Source: Eledone cirrhosa (lineage: Eukaryota). Taken from it: a DNA stretch of 64,000 nucleotides. Positions 30,471 through 45,035 of the stretch are shown here, in pieces. The DNA lies in the NCBI GenBank assembly GCA_964016885.1, contig CAXHJY010000658.1, positions 46,254-110,253 of the forward strand, in the 5' to 3' direction. Numbering within the stretch: the stretch's first letter is position 1; every line of letters begins with the position of its first letter. The notes beneath the pieces were generated by a model that was not told the DNA's origin, made no database searches, and saw only the letters and a list, made by a program, of their open reading frames with translations. The position numbers and the translations under genes are program-made.

Positions 30471-30891
30471 GACCTTGTCGTTCAATTAACGCAGTCAAGA
30501 CCATATAACACAACTTGTGCGTTAATTTTCATGGGCAGGCAGTCCTGTAGTTCGAACAACTGGAACACTCGTCGTGAGAACTGACGCAGGTCACATATAT
30601 AGAGTCGCAGCCTTATCTAATGATTACTCAAAAGGTACACGTGTCTGTTGAATGCTCAAACCACTTGTACGTTAATTTTCACGAGCCGACAGTCCTATAG
30701 TTCGAACAACTAGAAGACTGGTCGTGCTAACCGACGGATGCCCGAAATATTGGGTTCCGGCCTTATCTAATGATCACCTTATCGGTTACACAATTACATC
30801 ATGTCAGTCGATATCTTTAAATTCGATTTTATAATTTCTTTCTGAAATTGGAGCTTAGATATTCCTATAACAGTCAGGTCAGAATTTTAAA

Positions 30892-31990
30892 ATGTGTGTA
30901 TATATTTTAGTGTATATATCTTGTGTGTATATATGTATATATTGTACTGTTTATATCTTGTGTATATATATATTTACTGTATATATCTTGTGTGTAAATA
31001 TTGTACTGTATATATGTATATATCTTGTGTATATATATTGTACTGTATATATCTTGTGTGTATATATATTGTGTATATATTGTACTGTATGTATCTTGTA
31101 TGTATATATGATACTGTATATATCTTGTGTATATATATTGTACTGTATGTATCTTGTGTTTATATATTGTACTGAATATATCTTGTGTATATATATATTG
31201 TATAGTATATATCTTGTATGTATATATATTGTACTATATATATCTTGTATGTATATATATTGTACTGTATATATCTTGTATGTTTATATTGTACTGTATG
31301 TATCTTGTATATATATATTTTACTGTATATATCTTGCGTGTATATATATTGTACTGTATATATCTTGTGTGTATATATATTGTATTGTATATATCTTGTA
31401 TGTATATATTGTACTGTATATATCTTGTGTGTATATTTATTGTATTGTATATATCTTGTGTGTATATATATTGTATTGTATATATCTTGTATGTATATAT
31501 ATTGTACTGTATATATCGTGTGTGTATATTTATTGTACTGTATATATTTTGTGTATATATATTGTACTGTATAGATCTTGTATGTATATATATTGTACTG
31601 TATATATATTGTACTGTATATATCTTGTGTATATATATATGGTATTGTATATATCTTGTGTATATATATTGTACTGTATATATCTTGTGTGTATATATTG
31701 TACTGTATGTATCTTGTATGTATATATTGTACTGTATGTATCTTGTGTGTATATATTGTACTGTATATATTTTGTGTATATATATATATTGTACTGTATA
31801 TATCTTGTGTGTATATATATTGTACTGTATATATCTTGTATATATATATATTGTACTGTATATATCTTGTGTGTATATATATTGTACTGTATATATCTTG
31901 TATGTATATATTGTACTGTATATATCTTGTATGTATATATTGTACTGTATATATATCTTGTGTGTGTGTGTTGTGTGTGTATCTTGTGTG
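30892..31990. repeat. ~30-bp minisatellite atatattgtactgtatatatcttgtgtgt
   Basis: Direct reading. Confidence 0.9.
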
Positions 31991-32225
31991 GGCGTCTTGT
32001 ATGAGTGTGTATTTGTTTCCTGTGTTTGACTTGCAGCGATGTGAATATTGTGTGTGTGTATATTATGTGTGTGTGTGTGTGTATTGTGTGTGATTGAGAA
32101 TGAAGTGCAAGAGGTCTTGTCTATATATGTTAATGCAAGCACGTGAGATAGTGTGTGTATGTGTTCATTTCTATGTGTATGTAGATATATGCAAATGTGT
32201 GTGTATCTTTTTGTATATCTTTTTG

Positions 32226-32293
<68 letters not shown>

Positions 32294-32320
32294 CTTATAT
32301 AAACAAACACATATATATTA

Positions 32321-32381
<61 letters not shown>

Positions 32382-32411
32382 TTATATAAACAAACACATA
32401 TATATTATATT

Positions 32412-32444
<33 letters not shown>

Positions 32445-32480
32445 ATTTATATATATACTTATATAAACAAACACAAATAT

Positions 32481-32531
<51 letters not shown>

Positions 32532-33097
32532 AAACACATATATATTGTATATATATATATATATATTTGAGAGGGAGAGAAAGAAAAATAAAAGGAGGAG
32601 AGCTAAGACATATCGACCTATAAGGAATAAAGCATGCGTGCAAGTATGTTTGCATGCATGCATGCAGGAGTGCACATGGAGATCTGTTGTCGCGTATGTA
32701 CACGCGTTCACTCTACACACACACACTGAGAGAACTAGGTGTGCACGCATCAAACATACATCGAATGCACATGTCAGGCCTGTCACTTCTGTATGTGCAT
32801 TACCTGTTTCGCTGCATTCTTTCGGGTCTTATTGCACAATCTCACCAATGTGCAGTCACAAAAACCTCTTTAGTTGCAACTTCTGCATCTATAGTCATGC
32901 TGTTATTTTTACGATAATTGATGCACATATATATGTGTATTTAAATGCACCTGTTCGACGACACGAACAACAGCATCTGTCCCTTCACGGATTACATGTG
33001 CATTGCGTGCGCATTGAGTGTGCATTTCATTGCGTAACGTTTTGCATTACAGAGATCTGCAATGGAGACTAAAATAAATGTGTGTAATTGCATATGG

Positions 33098-33131
<34 letters not shown>

Positions 33132-33328
33132 TAGTGTGTGTGTGTTTGTGTATCTATGTAGGTTTATGTGTATGTATGTTCCGTATTTATGTACGCATGT
33201 ATATATGTATATATGTATATATATATATGCATATACATATGTGTGTGGGTGTTTATGTGTGTGTGTATATATATATGTGTGTGTGTGTGTGTGATAATAG
33301 AAATATATATGTGTGTGTGTATATATAA

Positions 33329-33408
<80 letters not shown>

Positions 33409-33629
33409 TAAAAGAGAAAACGCAGGTAAGCATTAAGAGAAGGATTTTATCCAGGTATTACGACCGTTTCATTGGTAAGTGCAACCTTATATTGCTATAC
33501 TGCAAATAGCATCCACTCAATTATAATTGTTGTTCACAGTCCAAATTTTAAAGATAGTACGTTAAAACCATTCATGAAACTGGCTTTTTTAACCAAGAAC
33601 TGAATCACAATAAGCAATTTTTTGCTTCT

Positions 33630-33702
<73 letters not shown>

Positions 33703-33706
<4 letters not shown>

Positions 33707-34073
33707 TAAAAGGAATTCCAACTTTGTCACATTTACTCGTTTTATTTACAATCCTTTAAAATTATAATGATATTATAATGAAATAGTATGGTAGAATATT
33801 AAATGTTAATTGAACAAGTACTTTCATGCTTTCGCAATCTTCAGGTTCATATTCAGTGGTGACAGTCAAGTTTGCAATTTTCAACTGTCATCATTATAAT
33901 ATCATTATAATTTTGTTAACTTTGCCTTTTATCCTTACGGAGTCGATAAAATAAAGTACCAGTAATGTACTGGGTAATTGCTAGCCTTGTGCCTAAAGTA
34001 GAAACAATTATAATTTTAAAAAATTGTAAATAAAACGAGTAAATCAGACAAAGTTGGAATTCCTTTTATTAAT
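33703..34073. mobile_element. Fold-back PLE terminus with a nested SINE fragment (33915-34006, TSD attataatttt)
   Basis: 33703-33781 is inverted at 33889-34073, interrupted by the SINE. Confidence 0.7.
33811..33849 (-). ncRNA. Minimal type I HHR
   Basis: tgaac-CTGAAGA-ttgc-gaaa-gcat-GAAA-GTAC-TT-gttca. Confidence 0.7.
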
Positions 34074-34108
34074 ATAATCTTCTATACCCAATCATACACG
34101 CCCGTGTA

Positions 34109-34147
<39 letters not shown>

Positions 34148-34210
34148 GTGTACATATATATACATATATATAAGTATCTATATATTTATATATATGTGCA
34201 TATATATGTG

Positions 34211-34254
<44 letters not shown>

Positions 34255-34281
34255 TATATAGAAATATATATACATATATAA

Positions 34282-34317
<36 letters not shown>

Positions 34318-34518
34318 TTATTTCGGTTTTATCTCGTAGCTAATATGGGTATTCTTGTATTAAACACACACACACACACACACGCACACGCACACGCACA
34401 CGCACACACACACACACAGACATGCACACACACACACACACACACATATCAAAAGTAATAACTGTATAAAATATTTTTAAATGTATATTCGAATCAAAAG
34501 TATTTTGAGTAAAGAATT

Positions 34519-34566
<48 letters not shown>

Positions 34567-34932
34567 AAGTGATAGCTTGCAAGAAAAAAACTCGGCAAAA
34601 TCGCTGAAAATCAAAAAAAAAATTATTGCATACTCTGGTCTCTTAACCGTGTTTCTACATTATTTACAAACGTTTATGGGACCATATTATTCAATAAATA
34701 CTTTTCCGATTTTCAGCGGATTATGCCGAGTTTTTTTCCTCGTAGTCTATTCACATTAAATTACTCTGTGAAATCACCTGGGAACCTAAGAACCATTACT
34801 CGATGACACAGCTCGTATTATCAAGCCGGTAAGCCGTCCCTTCCATTTTTTATTTCGCATATTCATTTTACACAAACGTGAATTAACCTACATAAACGGA
34901 TATTCTTACGTCATCTCATATATATATATATA

Positions 34933-35118
34933 AGTTAAAACAATGAAATAAAAAATCAAGTCATTAGAGATATACTTCACTGCTTTACGATCGTTTCTAG
35001 GTGATGATAATACATTGTAGCTATACTCCGTTACAATGTATTATCATCACCTAGAAACGATCGTAAAGCAGTGAAGTATATCTGTAATGACTTGATTTTT
35101 TATTTCATTGTTTTAACT
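34933..35118. mobile_element. Fold-back hairpin of a PLE terminus
   Basis: ~87-bp arms; contains HHR 3' half ctaGAAA-C-GATC-G-TA as in 50607-50754. Confidence 0.7.
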
Positions 35119-35285
35119 TTTAATGTTTTATTGTTTTCCTTTTAATGTTTTATTGTTTTCCGGGATTTATCTTAACCTACAACATTTTCAACATATGGAT
35201 TACACCGAGTTCTTTATGCAGACCCCACATCTTTATGCAGACCCCACATCTTTATGCAGACCCCAGAACTTACTGTGGATACCTC

Positions 35286-35604
<319 letters not shown>

Positions 35605-35899
35605 TATATATATATTATAGAGAGTCGGGACCCGACGGCTGATCTGTTTCAACAGACTCTTTATAATATAACCATATTGTACTACCCCAGGTATTGAGTA
35701 TTCTGTTGAGGAATGCTATAACCAGTTTCAAACTGAATCCATCCTAATACACATATATATATATATATATATATACATACATACATATGTGTGTGTGTGT
35801 GTGTGTGTGTGTGTACACATGTATATATATATATACATATACATATACATATGTGTGTGTGTACATATATATATATATACATATACATATTTGTGTGTG

Positions 35900-35965
<66 letters not shown>

Positions 35966-36157
35966 GTATAGGATTATCCTAGATGTAGTAATGGTTAATT
36001 ACTACACTGGATATGGTTGACGTACGGTAAGAGGTTACTCTACGAGTTATGGAAGAATTGTTGAAGAAACTTAGTTCCTGGTCCTTCTGTATTCCGGAGT
36101 GTATATAAAGAATGAATAATAACAGGTAGACATCATAAAAAGGTAATTTATTCCGTG

Positions 36158-36269
36158 TGCTTACAAATGTTTCCTCGGTGGTACTACAGCCTAGTTATGC
36201 TATGTGCAAATTTACAAGTATTTGCAGAACTCAAATATCCAATGCTGTGACCACTGTATCCCCAGAGCA
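36158..36269 (-). ncRNA. HHR-like motif with A6G core and long stem II (second copy at 37984-38095 +)
   Basis: tgct-CTGGGGA-tacagtggt..85 nt..accaccgtg-GAAA-C-ATTT-G-TA-agca. Confidence 0.55.
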
Positions 36270-36760
36270 GAATGGTTAAAATGTACAATGTAAATACCCT
36301 TAAGTGGGGTTGTTGGGGAAGATAGAGTAGAAAAGGAAGAGAGAAAAGTAGGGGAGAAGGAGAGAGAGAGAAAGATATGCAGGGGTTGGAGAAATAGGAG
36401 AGAGTGGTTTGTAGATATCTTAATCAAAATGTTATGGTAAGGGTTTTATTATACTGGTTACTTTTGGAGAGATGCGTTGATAGTTAAGGTCGGAATTATT
36501 TATTGCCCCAGAGGGCAGGTTCATAGATGTGGAGAGGGGGGGGTAGGCCAAAGGCGAGAGAGAGAGAGTGTAATGGATGTAGAGAGAGATAGAGAGTGGA
36601 CAGACGAAGTCTATGTGGTGAGTGAACTTTGGGTTCGTAGTAGTAATCTGCGAATTGCACTGAGTTACCATTTATAGCGATAAGCAGTGTATTGTCTTGT
36701 AGTGTGGGGGAAGAGAAGGTGGTTAGCTAGAGCGCGATGTTATAGTTACGGGTTCGAATG

Positions 36761-37950
36761 TTAAGTTATTTTATAATGAGAGAATTTAGCTTTTAGTTTG
36801 TGGTTGCAGTATAATGATCGTTCAATTCTATCGTTAAGTAGTTTGTTTTGGGATTTTAATATGTAAAAGAGTTCAAGGTTACATAACCTACAGTACTTCA
36901 ATCCACTCCGATATGCAGTTGCGCTGGAAAGTATATCCCATTTTAAGGTGAACTGTTGGTTGTGTTCACGGAGTTGCCAGGTCTTGTTGGCGAGCGTGGT
37001 CACAAAACGGTGATTAGGATGTTTGATTGAGAATCGATGACGGTACCAGCGAGATTTAAACGAGGTGGTGGTAGATCCGATATAATACCATTTCTGGTCG
37101 TTCGATTCAACCGTGCATTGGTAAACAATGTTGGACTTTAGGCATTCATTCTTCAATGGACATCTTTCAGGTAGATGGCAGTTACATTCTTTGTTGTGGG
37201 TAGCGGGTATACCATGGATAGGTTGTGATAACAGTACAGGTGGATTGTGTAATACCCGTCTCCCATTTAGTGGTTGGGAGGCAGATATTACGTTCTGCCC
37301 ATCTGTTACTAAAATATTTTGTTTTGTAGTGTTGTTTAATTGCTTTAAGTTAAGTTTTTTTATGTATGCCGTGATGTATGATAGTCTAATAGTTTTAGAG
37401 TTCAGAATTTTGCTGTATTTATGGGAACTAGGGAAATGTTTGTTGATTAACTTAAAGAATGAAAGAGATAGTTTTGTACTAATCGAGGCATTAAAAATAG
37501 GATTATACCAGATATACTTTCTACAACGTGATTTATTTGGTGGTGATTTTCTATTATTAGTATGTCTGGTGGTACTGTGTGTGTGCGCTCGTATTTTAGT
37601 CCCCCGGTTACGTATTCCTTGATTTCGTGTAGAGCTATTTCGTGTTATGGAGATTCCTATCAATGTATTCTATTGTATCCCGGTGGTCGGCATTCCTTAA
37701 TGCATTATTGTAGTATTCAGCGTGTTCACTAAAAATATCAGAGTTAGACGATAGGCGAGAGATTCTAAGAGAAATACTCCGGGGAACCGATTTGATCATG
37801 GAGAGTGGGTGGTTTGAGTTAAAGTTAATATACGTAAGGTTCTCATTCATCTTGTGGAAGGGTCGTATCTGTCCGGTATTTAAATTAAGAGTTACGTCCA
37901 GAAAGTGTACTACTTTAAGATTGTATTCGTATGTTATTTTTAGACCCAGT
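36761..37950 (-). pseudogene. PLE RT C-terminus + GIY-YIG endonuclease (frameshifted)
   Basis: VHFLDVTLNL, YINFNSNHP, IWYNP, CNC..CPLKNEC, NIVYQC..YYIGST..FKSRW, CRLC..E. Confidence 0.9.
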
Positions 37951-38142
37951 TAAGGGTATTTACATTGTACATTTTAACCATTCTGCTCTGGGGATACAGT
38001 GGTCACAGCATTGGATATTTGAGTTCTGCAAATACTTGTAAATTTGCACATAGCATAACTAGGCTGTAGTACCACCGTGGAAACATTTGTAAGCACACGA
38101 AATAAATTACCTTTTTATGATGTCTACCTGTTATTATTCATT

Positions 38143-38184
<42 letters not shown>

Positions 38185-38186
<2 letters not shown>

Positions 38187-38888
38187 AGTAAAGTTGCTTG
38201 GATGCGTCCATAGGCGGTATGCCCGTTGAGCACTCTATGCTCCATCGGAACAAAGTATAATAATATGGAAAACGAAGAATGAGTGATGCATCGGAACACA
38301 ATTTATTACGTATTACAATTGTTTCCCCGGCGAACAGCTTGAGGTGCGATCTGTTTGTGGATCGAACCTGACTCTGGATTCGCAAGTTCCTCAGATACGT
38401 CTAGTGATTTCTAAGCAAATCCTCTTTCTGATGGGCTCAGACCCTTCGAATTTCTATTATTTGCCATCATCCTGTTTGCGCGGCCGGTCGATTGGTTGAT
38501 AGTTCGAGACGTCATCTGTGTGTTTGACCATTCAAATCTGACCATTTCCATTCGGGTGTGAGCTGTCACTCATTCTTTCGTCAGAAATTACTGCTAGATG
38601 AGCGAGGTGCTATGAACTGCCTTGCCATTGCTTGGCTTGTCCGACAATGGCAAGGAAACTAATCGACGGACTGCACAAACAGGATGATGGCAGATGATAG
38701 AAATTCGAAGGTTCAGAGCACAGCAGAAAGAGGATTTGCTACAAAATCACTAGACGCATCTGAGGAACTTGCGAATCCAAAGTCATGTTCGATCCAGAAA
38801 CAGATCGCATCTCGAACTGTTCGCCGGAGAAACAATTGTAATACGTAATAAATGTGTTCCAATGCATCACTCATTCTTTGTTTTCCAG

Positions 38889-38890
<2 letters not shown>
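38185..38890. mobile_element. Fold-back PLE terminus (family B) with diverged arms
   Basis: 38263-38495 inverted at 38655-38890; HHR in both arms. Confidence 0.8.
38308..38400 (-). ncRNA. Type I HHR with extended stem II (second copy at 38754-38846 +)
   Basis: acgtat-CTGAGGA-acttgcgaa..ttcgccggg-GAAA-C-AATT-G-TA-atacgt. Confidence 0.75.
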
Positions 38891-38951
<61 letters not shown>

Positions 38952-39130
38952 TTGTGTGTGTGTATTTATATATATACATATTTGTGTGTGTGTGTGTGTG
39001 TATATAAATATATATAAATATATATCTTTGTATGTATATATATGTGTTTGTGTATATATATATATAATTATAATATATATATATATATATATGTATATAT
39101 AAAATTATAATATATATATAATTATAATAA

Positions 39131-39163
<33 letters not shown>

Positions 39164-39183
39164 ATAAATATATATATATATAT

Positions 39184-40443
39184 ATATGAAAAAGTGAGTC
39201 CTTCATCAGTGACCCTCCAACCGTCCTAGGCATTTCATCGCTTTAAGGGCCATATGCCTCAGGTTGGTGCGAACAACGGCTAAAAAAAGTCGTTGGGACA
39301 CGTAAACAAAGGGGACGCCAGGGTAACAACAAAAAAGTTTAAGCAACGGAAAGTGAGAGGAAATAGACAAGTCCCAGATCTCTATGAATATAAACTCGGT
39401 GAAATCTTGAACAAGAGACAAAAGACCATCAAACCTGGTTGAAATGTGAGCAAGGAAAGAATTTCGCCCAAGTTTGACGGGGGGGGGGGGAAAGAGAGAT
39501 AGAAAGGAGAGAAGAAGAAGAAGAAGAAGAAGAAGAAGAAGAAGAAGAAGAAGAAGAAGAAGAAGAAGAAGAAGGGGTCTGGTCTACGAATTCGGTAAAC
39601 GTAAGTTTTGTGAAGTCGCAGACGAAAGAGAGAGAGAAAAAAATTCCATACCAGCTTGGTCAAGACCGCGCGAGAAAAGAATTACACACAGGTCAAACTT
39701 GAAGGAGGAGGAGGAAAGAGGAGGAGGAGAGGTAGTGACAGAGAATGAGTGAGTGAAAGTTGAGGAGGAGGCTAACAGAGAGAGAGACTGCTAGAAAGGG
39801 TAAAGATACAAGGAACGAAACAGACGAGGCAGCATGGAAAAAATATATGTGTAAATATGATAATAATGGAGCTGCGGCGTTGCAAATGGGATACATATGA
39901 AATCTCTCTTTCGTCTGCGACTTCACAAAACTTACGTTTACCGAATTCGTAGACCAGACCCCTTTATCTTCTTCTTCTTCTTCTTCTTCTTCTTCTTCTT
40001 CTTCTTCTTCTTCTTCTTCTTCTTCTTCTTCTTCTTCTTCTTCTTCTTCTTCTTCTTCTTCTTCTTCTTCTTCTTCCTCTTCTCTCCTTTCTATCTCTCT
40101 TTTTTCCCCCCCGTCAAACTTGGGCGAAATTCTTTCCTTGCTCACATTTCAACCAGGTTTGATGGTCTTTTGTCTCTTGTTCAAGATTTCACCAAGTTTA
40201 TATTCATAGAGATCTGGGACTTGTCTATTTCCTCTCACTTTCCGTTGCTTAAACTTTTTTGTTGTTACCCTGGCGTCCCCTTTGTTTACGTGTCCCAACG
40301 ACTTTTTTTAGCCGTTGTTCGCACCAACCTGAGGCATATGGCCCTTAAAGCGATGAAATGCCTAGGACGGTTGGAGGGTCACTGATGAAGGACTCACTTT
40401 TTCATATGTATCCCATTTGCAACGCCGCAGCTCCATTATTATC

Positions 40444-40445
<2 letters not shown>
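39184..40445. mobile_element. Fold-back family A element with (GAA)n
   Basis: 39184-39633 inverted at 39903-40407; left part is circularly permuted. Confidence 0.75.
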
Positions 40446-40476
<31 letters not shown>

Positions 40477-40491
40477 ATATATATAATTATA

Positions 40492-40558
<67 letters not shown>

Positions 40559-40714
40559 GAATATATATATAATTATAATAAATATATATATATATATATA
40601 TAAAATTATAATATATATATATATAATTATAATATATATATAAGAGAGTATTTAAGTTTGCTTGAAGCATTGTGGAATAATAAGGTAAATTTCTTGTTGT
40701 TTTGAATATCTGAG

Positions 40715-41382
40715 GATACATCACGAACGAGATCGCGCGAATCAAAAACAGATGCAGCGATCCCGCGAGTGGTATCACTCATACCAAGCGATTCCTCGAG
40801 GTACTGGAGACGAACGGGTACCCTACCTCGCTCACAGACAGAGTAGGAGACACCTGACACAAGAGACAGAGATGCACCCAAGGCAAGTGCTTCCTTAAAA
40901 TGCCACACCTGGGCGAGAATACCACCAACGCTATCCGCAAGGCTATACGGAGGGAGGGCCTCGACATCCACCTGGCCCACTCGGGCCCCTCCCTGCGAAG
41001 ATGCCTCTCCAGGAAACCCGGGAAGTCAACTGACGCGTGCTCCCTCAGAGACTGCCCGATGCGCCATGCGAACTGTTGCCTACGCACATACGTCGTGTAT
41101 AAAATAGAATGTAACAAGTGCAACCAATACTATATAGGTAGCACAATCCGACCTTTGCACATCCGGATCAAGGAACACACTAAAACCAGGGCCTCGTCTT
41201 TTCGGAAACACATAGACAAATGCGGAAACAAAGACGGAAGGCCCATTGTCACAATTCTAGCGACTGAAAGAAACGTCGGCACGTTACGTATCAAGGAAGC
41301 ACTTTGGATCAAGCGCTTAGAGCCACAAATAAACAATCGATCCGGGAGAGAGAAGCGAAATGAGGTGGTTGGTTTAAGTTAA
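40715..41382 (+). pseudogene. PLE thumb + GIY-YIG fragment (element ~40645-42025)
   Basis: ITNEIARIKNRCS..LETNGYP, one stop, then CSLRDCPM..VVYKIECNKCNQYYIGSTIRPLHIRIKEH..EALWIKRLEPQIN. Confidence 0.9.
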
Positions 41383-42038
41383 CAAACGATGCTGCAACAC
41401 ACGCACAGACACACACACACAAGCGAGAGAGCAACACACGCACACACACACACAGTAGCATTCCACCATACGAACATACTACACTGCCAATACAGAGGAA
41501 CAAGACAACAACACACGCACACACACACACACTCAAGCGAGACAACAACACACGCACACACACACACAGTAACATTCAACAAACAGGCAGAGAATGGACT
41601 GACAGCTAGCGCCACACCACTCCCACAATTGAAAGAACTACTTCGGCCGCTGATTGTGCCCGATCGACCCCATTTCATCGCACGCGCGCTCTACTGGATA
41701 CCTCAGATATTCAAAACACGAACAGCGGAGGACGCGTTTCGCACCTTTCCAACAGACAAACTTTCCCCCACCCCGGAAAAAAACCCAGTTCATGGATGTG
41801 AATCCGAAATATATAGGGACAATTAAATCTCTCCCAAGGTAACTCTTTCTCGTGTTGTTATTTTTATCTTATCCTTTATGCTCTTTCCTTCATTCTTCTA
41901 CACATCTCATACACACCACGCATCTCAACGTACACCCACTTACATCTCTCTCTCCACCACCGGATCTTGTTACCCGGAGATTTACCCATTTGCATTGTCG
42001 AGGCTTCCAAACGACTTAAAGATTTATATATATATAAA

Positions 42039-42112
<74 letters not shown>

Positions 42113-42153
42113 GTAATATATATATATATATATAAAATTATAATATATATATA

Positions 42154-42209
<56 letters not shown>

Positions 42210-42242
42210 TATATATATATAATTATAATATATATATATATA

Positions 42243-42279
<37 letters not shown>

Positions 42280-42284
42280 TAATA

Positions 42285-42326
<42 letters not shown>

Positions 42327-42372
42327 TAATATATATATATATAATTATAATATATATATATATGTATATATA

Positions 42373-42431
<59 letters not shown>

Positions 42432-42498
42432 TAATATATATATAATTATAATATATATATATATGTATATATAATTATAATATATATATATATATATA

Positions 42499-42738
<240 letters not shown>

Positions 42739-44077
42739 CGTTTCTGAATTTGTTTAGCAAGATTCTTTATCTGAAAACCTGTGTTGAAACCGATATTGTT
42801 ATGCTTTGGGAGGGTCATGTTGCCAATAAGAAACAAACACACGCACCAGTGTTTAACTCCAATTTATTATAAATTAAATTTATAAATTTCCGGTTGGTTC
42901 GACAACCGGACGGTTGTTCATATATTGTCAAAGTTCTTTCGTCACACATTCTGTGATCTCTTCAGTGACTGGGGATTCTTTTCTTTGTTTTTGTGCCTCT
43001 CCTGTGTTCTGTCCTACGCCATCTTGTTTTTGTTTGTGTTGTGTACTTAGTTTGCGTATGTGTTACATCCGGGTGTCTGTGTGTGTTTATATTTGTTTAT
43101 TTAGTTGTTTATTCACATGTTACTGGTTGGTTGTTTGTTCTATCTGTGTGTGTGTTTTCATTTTGTCCTTAATTGTAAGTTGTGATGTTGCTATTCCATT
43201 CATGTTTTCTATTTAATTTTGGTTGGAGTTCATTTATGTTTATTGCCTCTGTGATTTGTCTAGACATTGCGTCTTTTCTGTGTGTAGATTCTATTTTTAT
43301 TTCTATGTTCTCTAATTTACCCTTATGTTCTATTTTAGCATGTTGGTGGAGTACAGATGATTCTTTTCTATCTTGAAGCGCTCGCCAGTGTTCATTTATC
43401 CGTTCTCCTATACTACGAGCTGTCTCACATATGTACACTATATTCTTATCTCTACATTGTCCTTCAGTACATCTTATGCTATATACTATATTTCTAGTTT
43501 TACAGTTAATATGGGGGCTTAGTTTACAGATTATACATTTCTTATCTATACAGGGAGGTCTTTGAAAAGGGTATGTATTGCTAATAAGTGTTTTTATGGA
43601 GGTACCAGGTCTTTCTACTATCTTAATATTGAGTTTATGTTTATCTAGGGCCCTTCTAAATTTGTAAGCTAATTCACCTCTAGGGGTTGTATTGATGAAC
43701 ATTACACTCTGGTATTTATTGCTATCATACCATGAGTTTATTCTATTAACCTTATTCCTAGGTCTTTCTATTCTATTCTAAAATGTGCTCCTATACATTT
43801 TTTCCCATTTGGTTCTGGGTCCTCTATATACTCTGATTTTATCTCTTGATTGTAACCAGAGAACTGCATACGGTGGATGAAGGGTTGTATGTGTCTCTCT
43901 AGTTTTTTGGGGTTGCACATGCGAGACACGTTTCTCATCACCCGTACCAAATCTGCAATCAGTATGTTGATTTTGGTATGGTCCGAAACAGCCGAGTTTC
44001 GATGGATCAGATGTTTGGAAGTCATTGGTTTGGCATAATGGGAATGGAGGATTTGTTTTTTGTTGTTAATGGTTTCA
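42739..44077 (-). mobile_element. 5'-truncated PLE (family I), frameshifted ORF 43169-44070; HHR at 42927-42969
   Basis: HSHYAKPMTSK, MQFSGY, CKTRNIVYSIRC..YICETARSIGERINEH..EAININELQPKLNRKHEW; gtca-CTGAAGA..GAAA-GAAC-TT-tgac. Confidence 0.9.
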
Positions 44078-44089
44078 TATATATATATA

Positions 44090-44120
<31 letters not shown>

Positions 44121-44142
44121 AATATAATATATATATATATAT

Positions 44143-44182
<40 letters not shown>

Positions 44183-44300
44183 TATATATATAAAATTATA
44201 TATGTATATATAAAATTATATATATATATAAAATTATATATATATATAAAATTATATATATATATAAAATTATATATATATATAAAATTATATATATATA

Positions 44301-44772
44301 TTGTTATACTTTGGGAGGGTCATGTTGCCAATAAGAAACACACGCACCAGTTGCTTTCACTTCAATTTTATATTTATAAATTTACAAATTTACAAACTTA
44401 TAAATTTCTGGTTGGTTGGTTGGTTGGTTCCACAACCAGATAGTTGTTTATATATAGTCATAGTCCTTTCGTCACACACTCTGTGACCTCTTCAGTGACT
44501 GGGGATTCCTTTCTTTGTCACTGAAGAGGTCACAGAGTTGTGACGAAAGGACTATGACTATATATAAACAACTATCTGGTTGTGGAACCAACCAACCAGC
44601 CAGAAATTTATAAGTTTGTAAATTTGTAAATTCATAAATATATAATAAATTGAAGTGAAACAACTGGTGCGTGTGTTTCTTATTGGCAACATGACCCTCC
44701 CAAAGTATAACAATATCGGTTTCAACACACGATTTTAGATAAAGAATCTTGCTAAACAAATTCAGAAACGAA
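44301..44772. mobile_element. Solo fold-back terminus of family I
   Basis: 44301-44499 inverted at 44517-44716; homologous to 42739-42985. Confidence 0.85.
44517..44558 (+). ncRNA. Canonical minimal type I HHR (mirror copy 44456-44500 -)
   Basis: gtca-CTGAAGA-ggtcaca-gagt-tgtgac-GAAA-GGAC-TA-tgac. Confidence 0.85.
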
Positions 44773-44984
44773 ATATATATATATAAATTTATATATATAT
44801 ATATAATTATACATATATATATAAAATTATATATATATATATATATAATTATATATATATAAAATTATATATATATATATAATCATATATATATATATAT
44901 ATATAAAAAATTATATATATATATATATAAAATTATATATATAAAGTTATATATATATATATATATAAAATTATATATATAAAG

Positions 44985-45035
<51 letters not shown>

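Larger units (their letters stand above)
35962..38151 (-). mobile_element. 5'-truncated PLE with inverted terminal duplication
   Basis: RT end plus GIY-YIG ORF; 37951-38151 is the inverted copy of 36102-36302. Confidence 0.9.

Noticed and set aside
40335-40395. CTGATGA plus upstream GAAA in family A as a type II hammerhead
   Set aside because: Stems I and III do not pair consistently and extra bases separate stem II from GAAA
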